Notes under the pieces: model-generated | What the model was told of the DNA's origin: nothing | Database searches by the model: none | What the model saw: the letters and a program-made list of their open reading frames with translations, nothing else | Translations under genes and position numbers: made by a program | NCBI GenBank assembly: GCA_951406725.2 | Contig: OX597822.1 | Coordinates: forward strand, 104,718,001-104,782,000 | Direction of reading: 5' to 3' | Length of the DNA: 64,000 nt | Origin: Octopus vulgaris | Lineage: Eukaryota | Shown: positions 54,940 to 64,000 of the stretch, piece after piece | Position numbering within the stretch: position 1 is the stretch's first letter | Layout: each line of letters starts with the position of its first letter

Positions 54940-55328
54940 TCTTTATATATAAAAGTGAAGTTGTGTGTCTGTCTCCTACGATTTAGATTCCTAACTACTC
55001 CGACATTTTGCGGTGCAGTGTAACCAAAAGCGGGTATCTTATAGTCGTGATTCATATCGAGCCCTTCTGGGTATTAGCGCGCGTCTACGATGAGTCTACG
55101 ATTAAAAAAAAAATTACCATATTTTTTCCCATTTTAATGCATTTTTTGCTATTATATAAGGGAAGTAACTCTCTAAAAATGTATTATTAAATCTCAGAAC
55201 GTAAAAAGCTACAGTAACACCCCCTTTGTGGTTAGCCATATTGAGATGGCTATTATACTTTACATCTCTAAAAATGCTTATATAGTTATTTCCCTTACAA
55301 ACCCGATAACGCCGGGCGATACTGCTAG
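54940..55328 (+). mobile_element. Non-autonomous Helitron (second 5' subtype)
   Basis: 5' half nearly identical to the 46604 copy; A|TC...CTAG|T. Confidence 0.82.
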
Positions 55329-56269
55329 TATTATTTATATATATGTTTGCTAATTAATCCGATTTCATTCTTCACTGGTATAAGTAACCCATATATCGTG
55401 TTGGATTCAAAGTTATCTTTATGATTTTCAAACGTGATGTATAATCTTGATTCACGGTCGGTCTAACATTTTATGCGTTGTCTACTTTTAATTTCGTTAT
55501 AGTTTCTCCAGCTTTCACATCGTTATACGTGTGTAAGCTGGGATTCCTATAGCTTTGAATGATATTTGCTGTACACGTCGTTATCTAATTTGTAAATGAT
55601 TTTAGTTAGAAAATGCAAACGAATTATTGGATTTCTTAATGTTTTGATGTTCGAATTTAGTTTATGTTGGATAACGATTGTGGTGTTTCTCGAATTTTAT
55701 TGAACTTGTTATTTCTTATAGTTTAAATTCAAAGAGTTCTCAAGCCTTAATGTGCAACGACTTAATACATGGTATCCTTGATTAATGATATTTCACCTTG
55801 CACATGTCCAAACAAGATATGATAAATAAAACTAAAATAAAATTACCATTCAAGAGAAAACCTCCACAACAATCATAATCATATTAAATTTGAAAAATTT
55901 TCTGTTTAACATGAGACGTAAAACTCATAGAATTGTAGTAATAACCAGTTTATACATTAAGATAAATACAATCACTCGACATCAAATTTTAATTATTATT
56001 ATTATGTGTTGTAAATATGTATGCTACTAAAAGACTCAGAAATTCTTCAGCTTGATATAAAAATTAATTTTGTATCTAACTTGACATAAAACACCCAGCC
56101 ACACCCACACAACCACCTACACATATACGCACACATTCATATATGCGTTTATATATATACATACATACATACATACATATATATACATATATACATACAT
56201 ACATATATATGTATATATTAATTTATGTATACACACTCATACACACACATATATATATATATATAACAT

Positions 56270-57522
56270 AAAATTAATGAATTTTATCAGTCGCCAGCAC
56301 ATAAATTTTTTAGGTAAAATACATTTATAGAGATACATAACGGTACAGGGTGCAATTATATATCACCGTGACCGACCAGGCTATAAGATGTTGCTACACA
56401 TCGCTGGTCACAATGCGCTTCGCATTGTTTTAGCCTTCAAATGACGCCACCCCGCTGGCTAAGCGAGCAGGCCAACAGAAGAAAGAGTGAGAGAAAATTG
56501 TGGCGAAAGAGTACAGCAGGGTTCGCCACCACCCCCTGCCGGAACCTCGTGGAGCTTTAGGTGTTTTCGCTCAATAAACACTCACAACGCCCGGTCTGGG
56601 AATCGAAACCGCGATCCTCCGACCGCGAGTCCGCTGCCCTAACCACTGGGCCATTGCGCCTCCACGCAATTATATATAGGCGCACAAAAGCTATTATGCC
56701 TATATACAGGAATAAGACGCCGAATACGACCTGCCATTTCACATATAATTACACAAGTTGAAAGTGGAAACGCAGACTGGCTAAAAATTCACGATATAAC
56801 TCAGATGGTTTTGAATTAATCAATTTCTGGATGAGTTTGGAAACTTTTCATTCATCAGCAATACACACTGGGCGAAATAAATGAAAATATCTATATATAC
56901 CGTCAGAAAAACATAGCCAAAAATGTGAGTATATTTAGATATCCACAAATATATAGGCATCGAATTTCGCAGTCCGCCACAACACGTTTGTATTTGGTCG
57001 CTGTAATACAGAGGTAAATAAAATGACCCGACGGGCACAGGTGATACATAAAACACAATTAGAAGATAATATCATTAAAATTAATGAATTTTATCAGTGG
57101 CCTGTGTATAAGAATCTTTTAGGTAAAATACTTTTATAGAGATATATGATTGTATAGGGTACAAACGCTATTATATGCTGATAGAAGACGCCAAATACGT
57201 AGTACAACTTCAAATATTCACTTTACATGTAAATTTTCCTTGAATATTTGTATGTACTCGCATTTTCCATATGCGTTTTTGTGGGTATGTATTGATACTT
57301 CCATTTATTTCACCAAATGTTTTTTTTTGTTGATGAACGAAAAGTTACCAGACCAATCCAGAAATCGATCAATCCAAAACAATCTCAATTATTTCATGAA
57401 TTTTTAGACAGTCTGCTTTCCTGCTTTCATCCTGTGTAATTATATGTGGAGTGAATATTTGATGTGGTAGGACGCATTCGGTGTCTTCTTTCAGCATATA
57501 AGCATCATAGCTTTTGTGCCCT
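56270..57522. mobile_element. Composite direct plus inverted repeat, probably Penelope-like termini
   Basis: Direct repeat starting ~56270 and ~57077; inverted repeat ~56680-56935 vs ~57250-57522. Confidence 0.55.
56364..56665 (-). mobile_element. SINE group B, tail variant 4, full length
   Basis: 12-bp TSD GCAATTATATAT. Confidence 0.95.
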
Positions 57523-57913
57523 TAAATATAATTATGCCCTATAGAGTAATCTCTGCCACTCTCACTCCCGCTTTCTCTCTCTCTCTTTCTCTCTTTTGCT
57601 CTCTCTCCCACTCCCTCTCTCTCCATATATATATATATATATATATAGCAATAATATATATATATATAACTGCTATATATATATATATATGTTCGCCTGG
57701 GGCTAAATGCAACAGTAACACCCCACCACCCTGCGTCTAGCCATATTCAGATATGCGAATGAGTGGGCAAACATAAGAAGGATACTCAACACATTAATTT
57801 GATTAAAATTCAAAATCGCTGAAGATTAGCATCACGCTTGAAACTCTCGAGTACCGGCGAATTTGAATAAAACTGACTTGAATGTTGGATGATCATATAT
57901 ATGTTTGTATTAA

Positions 57914-58270
57914 CATTTTATTTACGCCTTTAGCGCTTTCTTCTGTTATCGCATTTATCAAAAAGTGGTTTATATAAAAAAATTTGCGGAGAAGGACGGG
58001 GACGTAAGGAGGCGTGACATATATTGATAAGGCTAGACTTATTTGTTTCGTACTTAGTGACCTTTTAGGGTGGAAATGAGAAATACAAAAGCCACGCCTC
58101 CTTACCTCCCACTTCTTCTCAAAAAATGTTTTTCGTGTTTTTTCTCCCTTGCTTGGCAAGCCATACAAACAATTTTTATATGTCAAAAGCAAATAAATCT
58201 AACTGTTTTGATAAATCCCTTTTTGATAAATCAAATAACGGAAGAAAGCGCTAAAAGTGTAGATAAACTG
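57914..58270. mobile_element. Palindromic MITE-like element
   Basis: Terminal ~60-bp inverted repeat (TTTAGCGCTTTCTTCYGTTAT) plus inner inverted repeat GTAAGGAGGCGTG/CACGCCTCCTTAC. Confidence 0.75.
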
Positions 58271-58292
58271 TAAATATATATAAATAATAATT

Positions 58293-58347
<55 letters not shown>

Positions 58348-58440
58348 CCGGCATTCTGACTAACCTATTATTCTAAAAATACAATATCTGAACATCACTT
58401 CAAAAACTGTCTCTCCCTCTGTCCCCCCCTCCCCATCTCC

Positions 58441-58494
<54 letters not shown>

Positions 58495-58744
58495 CCAAAT
58501 CATTACAACTTTTTCTTTCGAATTTTTTAATAGAAGAATGAGAACATTACTCCGTTACAAAAATCAATAATCATCAGATGAAACGTAATTTTACAAACAA
58601 AAGACTATCCCAAGCTTACACTAGGGACATAGCTGAGGTCTGTCGAGGCTAACTAGTTATCCTCCACAGACTTCAGTTGATAGCACTGTTTTGAAGGATC
58701 TGTGCTAATTAAAAATGCTCTCAAATAGTTCACATAGTTCACAA

Positions 58745-59100
58745 GCGCACCTGTGAGGTGAGAAGATTGCTTACCAACCATATGCTTCTGGTTTCAGTCC
58801 TACTGCATGGCATTGTAGGTAAGTGTATTCTACTATAGCCTCGGGCCGACCAAAAGCTTGTGAGTAGACGGAAACTGAAAGAAGCCTGTCACATATATAT
58901 ATATATATGTATGTATGAATGTATGAGCATATGTTAGTGTGTGTCTGTGTCCCCCCCCATCGCTTCACAACCGATGTTGGTGTGTTTACGGCTCCGTAAC
59001 TTAGCGATTCGGCAAAAGAGACCAATAGAATAAGGACTAGCATTTAAAAAAAAAGCCATGGGGTCGATTTGTTCGACTATAGGCGTTGCTCCAGCATGGT
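58745..59100 (+). mobile_element. Diverged SINE group C
   Basis: TTACCAACCATATG...TACTATAGCCTCGGGCCGACCAAA...GCTCCAGCATGG. Confidence 0.85.
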
Positions 59101-59329
59101 TGTGGTTGTCGTCGTCGCCACAGCATTATTATTATTATTATTATTAATATTATTATTATTATTATTTCTTCTTTCAAATTTGCTTCCATTTCTTGCCGAG
59201 TGTCTTCCCGACTCCTAGGGCAAAGAAACTCATAGTATACATTGGTAGGCCATTAAACCAAACTCAGTAGTTCGTTAATTTTAAAAAAAAAATTTTTTTT
59301 AAAGTTAAAATACATGAGCAGCAACAGTT

Positions 59330-59525
59330 CTCACATCGACAATGCTCTTCTCAATACGTGTGATGTACCAGTTCTGGTATTGTAACCGCCTTGAGATGCC
59401 ATATTTTCTTAATTTCAATGAGTAGGTCTTTATATTTTCTGAGCTTGTCAAACTCTTTCGCTGAGATATTATGATCACAGGGGATGCTCATGTCGATCAA
59501 TAAGCAAACTTTATTTTTTGGTCTT

Positions 59526-59527
<2 letters not shown>
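59330..59527 (-). pseudogene. RLE LINE fragment flanked by (TAA)n
   Basis: KVCLLIDMSIPCDHNISAKEFDKLRKYKDLLIEIKKIWHLKAVTIP. Confidence 0.75.
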
Positions 59528-59587
<60 letters not shown>

Positions 59588-59854
59588 ACTAGTAGTAGTA
59601 GTAATAGTGAGACGATTTAATACTGTAATACAGCCATTCTGATTTTGTTAAAATTTAAATGCAAATAACTTGGTTATAATTCTATAATTCACAAAATATT
59701 TTAATTTGTTTATATGATTTCCAGTAATATTTAATTACTAAATTATAAAGAGATTTTTAAAACCTTTAATTGTTATGAGGGTCCACCAGAATAACTTAAG
59801 AATGAAAGTTCAGGGGAAAAAAATGGTTGAGAAACTCTACTCTAATTGCTAATA

Positions 59855-60850
59855 TTGGCTCCAAATTTTGACACAATGCCAGCAATTTTTGAGAAAGATG
59901 TAAATCGATTACGTCGACCCTAAGGCTCAGCTGGTGCGTTTTTCATCGAACGCGAAACGATGAAAGATTAAGTCGCCCTCAGCGACTTTGATAGTTAATA
60001 CTAAAACCCAGCTGAAGTCAAAATTCATCCCACCGTTTCGTTACGCATCAATGATGATATGATGACCTATAAAATCCTGTAACAATTAGGACTCATTTTG
60101 GTTCGCGTTACTAGCAAAAATGAATCACCGTATTTGATAGTATATAGGATTCAAGTTTTCCCAAAATCATCTCGGGTTGAATATGCAATAAACTTTAATC
60201 CACAAAAACCGTTTCTCCCTGAATATACGCTGCTGAACTTGGTCTGCATTTAACATGACCGTGCTTCTTTTATGCCATGATATATGATAGTAATAATAGT
60301 TTCAAACTTTGGAACGAGGCCAGCAATTTCGGGGGAGGAGTGAAGTCGATTAGATCGACCCTGTGCTCAACTGGTTCTTATTTCATCGACTCCGAAAGGT
60401 TTAAAAGCAAAGTCGACCTCGGTGGAATTTGACCACAAAGACGGACGAAATGTCGCAAAGCATATGATCCGGCGTGCTAACGATTCTGCCAGCTCGCCTC
60501 CTTAAATACAATAGTAATAATCCTTTCTACTACAATAGGTACGAGGCCTGGTAGGTTAGTGGAGGGGACCAGCTGATTAGATCGACCCCCATTACTCTAC
60601 TTGGGTCGATGGATGAGACGCAATGTTGACTTCGGCGGAATTTCTCCGAACGTAAGGACGGGTGAAAAGCTGCTAAGCATTTTGAAATACAATAGTAATA
60701 AAGACGGTGCAATAGCAATATTGTAATAATTATAACTTCTGCTTCCGGTGGAGGAAGAGGTGAATTGTCGATTATATCGACCCTAGTAGTCACTAGAACT
60801 TTATTTTAAGAACCCCACCCTTCCCCGGAAAAATGACAGGCCAAGTTGTT
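59855..60850 (-). mobile_element. Cluster of diverged SINE A copies (~59860-59990, 60300-60503, 60518-60685, 60760-60850)
   Basis: Recurrent GTCGATTA..TCGACCC and AAAGTCGACCTCGG motifs. Confidence 0.7.
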
Positions 60851-60881
60851 TTCTGTGTGATTTGAAGTCAGATCTTAAGGA

Positions 60882-61271
60882 GTGGAGGGGCAATGGCCCA
60901 GTGGTTAGGGCAGCGGACTCGCGGTCATAGGATCGCGGTTTCGATTCCCAGACCGGGCGTTGTGAGTGTTTATTGAGCGAAAACACCTAAAAAAGCTCCA
61001 CGAGGCTCCGGCAGGGGATGGTGGTGATCCCTGCTGTACTCTTTCACCACAACTTTCTCTCACTCTTTCTTCCTGTTTCTGTTGTACCTGTATTTGAAAG
61101 GGCCGGCCTTGTCACTCTCTGTGTCACGCTGAATATCCCCGAGAACTACGTTAAGAGTATACGTGTCTGTGGAGTGCTCAGTCACTTACACGTTAATTTC
61201 ACGAGCAGGCTGTTCCGTTGATTCGGATCAACCGGAACCCTCGTCGTCGTAACCGACGGAGTGCTTCAAGA
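60882..61271 (+). mobile_element. SINE group B, tail variant 1
   Basis: 12-bp TSD AGATCTTAAGGA. Confidence 0.95.
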
Positions 61272-61368
61272 AGATCTTAAGGAATCGGAAAATGTAAAAC
61301 GAAGCACAAAAGATTCTGCCTAAAGCCTTTAGTGTGATACCTATATCAGAAACAGTATTATTGATACT

Positions 61369-61570
61369 AAGGTGGCTAGCTAGTTGAATCGTTAGCACGC
61401 CGGGCGAAACGCTTTCGTCTGACATTCGGTTCTGAGTTTAAATTCCGCCGAGGTGGACTTTGCCTTTCATCCTTTCTGGGTCGATAAAATAATTACCAGC
61501 TGAACACTTGGGTCGATGTAATCGACTTAACCCCAGCCTCGAACTTGCTGGCATTGTGCCAAAATTAGAG
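61369..61570 (+). mobile_element. SINE group A, third tail type
   Basis: A body; tail CTTGCTGGCATTGTGCCAAAATTAGA. Confidence 0.85.
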
Positions 61571-61785
61571 CAGCAGTAGTTGTAAAAGCGGTAGTAGTAG
61601 TAGTAGTAGTAGTGGCAGTGAAATGAAATTCGTGTCAATTGAATTTTAATTTTAAAAATGTTCCTTTCGCCAGATTGCCTTTGTTTTCCTGCTATTTCAA
61701 GTTAATAAAAGCCTCAACCCCACCCCCACTCTCTCTGTCTGCTGACCTTTTCTTTTCATCTGACAGTGGCCCACTCTTAATATCG

Positions 61786-61826
<41 letters not shown>

Positions 61827-62487
61827 CATTTTTCTAGTCATTAATAATTTGATATGATAATTAATTTATTCATAATTTTGTTTGTAATGTTAATATTTTG
61901 TTTGTTATGTGTTTAATTAGATTTTACTCTGGACCTTAATTATTCAAGCACTGACACAATAACATAGAATTGACACATGAAGTCAACTTCTCGTAATGTT
62001 CGTCCTCTATTGCCCTTGTGGCAATAAAATAATTTAAGTTAGGTCAGAACTAGTCTAGTGCAGCAGTAAGAACACCTACTCTTCTCTTCCCCCCCCCCCA
62101 CCTTCTTCTCTTTACGTTTTTCCTTCTCCGTAAAATCTCTTTCCGTTCCAATAAATTTTAAACGCAATTATAGAAATGAAGCAAAAAAAAAAAAAAACAA
62201 ACAAAAAAAAAAATTACACAAAAGAGATTCTGTTAGCTTCTTTGGTTGGTTGAGGAGATGTTTGACAGTTCTTACTATGGAAGTTGTTCCGCCTTCAGGT
62301 AAAAATAACTTGTGTTTCTTCAATCCCCAGGAGGGACTTACAGCAAGGAAATGAAGTTATTGACGAGGATGCAGGCGGCACAAGGAAACCAAAATAATAA
62401 AAAAATATCTTTTAAATATAATCAAGCTGGTCTTCTGTGAAATGTAAGCAGTAAATAACTTTAAGAATATGAATTACTACTACTAGT

Positions 62488-62852
62488 ATTCTCTTTTCTC
62501 TTTTACTTGTTTCAGTCATTTGACTGCGACCATGCTGGAGCACCGCCTTTAGTCGAGAAAATCGACTCCAGGACTTATTCTTTGGAAACCTTGAACTTAT
62601 TCAATCGGATCTCTTTTGCCGAACCGCTAAGTGACGGGGACGTAAACACACAAGCATCAGTTATCAAGAGATATTGGGTGGGGACAAACACAGACACACA
62701 AACATATACACACATATATATATATATATTCATACGACGGGCTTCTTTCAGTTTCCGTCCACCAAATCTACTCACAAGGATTTGGTCGGCCCGAGGCTAT
62801 AGTAGTAGACACTTGCCCAAGGTGTCACGCAGTGGGAATGGACCCGGAACCA
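62488..62852 (-). mobile_element. SINE group C, 5'-truncated
   Basis: Reverse complement of the group C consensus up to the B-box region. Confidence 0.9.
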
Positions 62853-63426
62853 TACAAACATACACATATATACATACTTATATGGATGTGCATATATGGA
62901 TGTGCATATATATATATCTCTATATATATACACATCCATATAAGTATGTATATATGTGTATGTTTGTATGTGTGTGTGTGTATATATATATATAGAGTGA
63001 GGGGTAAGAGAGAAAGTAGGACAAAAAGACAGTGAGAGCTACAGAGAGTGAAACACTGAAATAAATATTGGGTGAGTGCTAAATCGGACAATCCCATTGT
63101 AGTGGACCAATGAGTCTGCGCAACTTGGAATATATTCTCTAAGACATTGATAACAGGTAGATGGCACTTTGCAATAACGTGAAACAGTTGCTATTTTTAA
63201 GAGAGAACTACACCAAGATAGAACGGTAGCATGCTTTATGAATATGAATATGTTTGCTGTCATAATCTTGGAAAAGATGCAAGATTTCTCTATATGCAAG
63301 CTATGCAAGTATGGATCAGTAGGTTGTGCAAATACATGTGTGCATATATACATATACGTATATGCATATATGTATATGTATATATATATGAATGCATATA
63401 TATATATATATATGTATGTGTGCACG

Positions 63427-63482
<56 letters not shown>

Positions 63483-63813
63483 CATATAAAATAGTTTTTG
63501 CAAAGCAGTTTGTGCATTAGGCGGAGATATTGATTGCTTCTCACTGAGCACAATGTCAATACTTCGGGGTTGGCTGAGGTTTCAGAGCAAATTTCTTTTC
63601 TTTTCTTGATGTTCTTGTTGATGTCGTCGTAGTTTATTCCTGAGATTGATGCTGATTGAGTAGATCTGTAATGGAGGACTTTCTTCCAAAAACCATTCTA
63701 TTTCCCAGTGAATCCTTTTGTGTGACCTAAGGGAGAGTTGGCTACTTTACTAGCAGTTCAAACGATCGCACTGAGGCTCACGTATCAGCTAATAAGAAAT
63801 TTACTATAAATCC

Positions 63814-63886
<73 letters not shown>

Positions 63887-64000
63887 ATATAAGGGAATAC
63901 AATTCCCAACTTACAGGGAAAAATTCAATTTAACAATATATAATATATAATTAAGAGAAATAATCTCTATTAAGTAATTCAATAACGAAAGACATTATCC

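Noticed and set aside
62237-62298. Possible third plus-strand exon (LLWLVEEMFDSSYYGSCSAF)
   Set aside because: Open and in phase, but the acceptor lacks a pyrimidine tract and the donor is weak

Overview
AT-rich, repeat-dominated eukaryotic DNA that is mostly intronic or intergenic. It is dense in (AT)n, (CA)n, (ATAC)n and (AAT)n microsatellites and in tRNA-derived SINEs. The repeat repertoire suggests an octopus (coleoid cephalopod) genome; this is an inference from recalled family resemblance, not a database result. Nearly all listed ORFs are microsatellite or SINE artefacts. Supported content: three SINE groups (working labels A, B, C; about 30 copies, many with target-site duplications, TSDs), two decayed Tc1 elements, one full-length and one truncated mariner, four non-autonomous Helitrons, Penelope-like RT and GIY-YIG remnants with hammerhead-like cores, R4/Dong-like and CR1-like LINE fragments, and palindromic MITE-like elements. 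No intact multi-exon gene is recognisable, but two phase-compatible plus-strand exons (42375-42454, 54746-54785) may belong to a host gene. I found no convincing novel biological system. The most unusual observations are a patchwork insertion in the mariner that copies two nearby loci, SINEs with swappable tails and a recurrent internal start point, a candidate pair of 4-nt microexons, and many long inverted repeats. All coordinates were read by eye; the ends of decayed elements are approximate.
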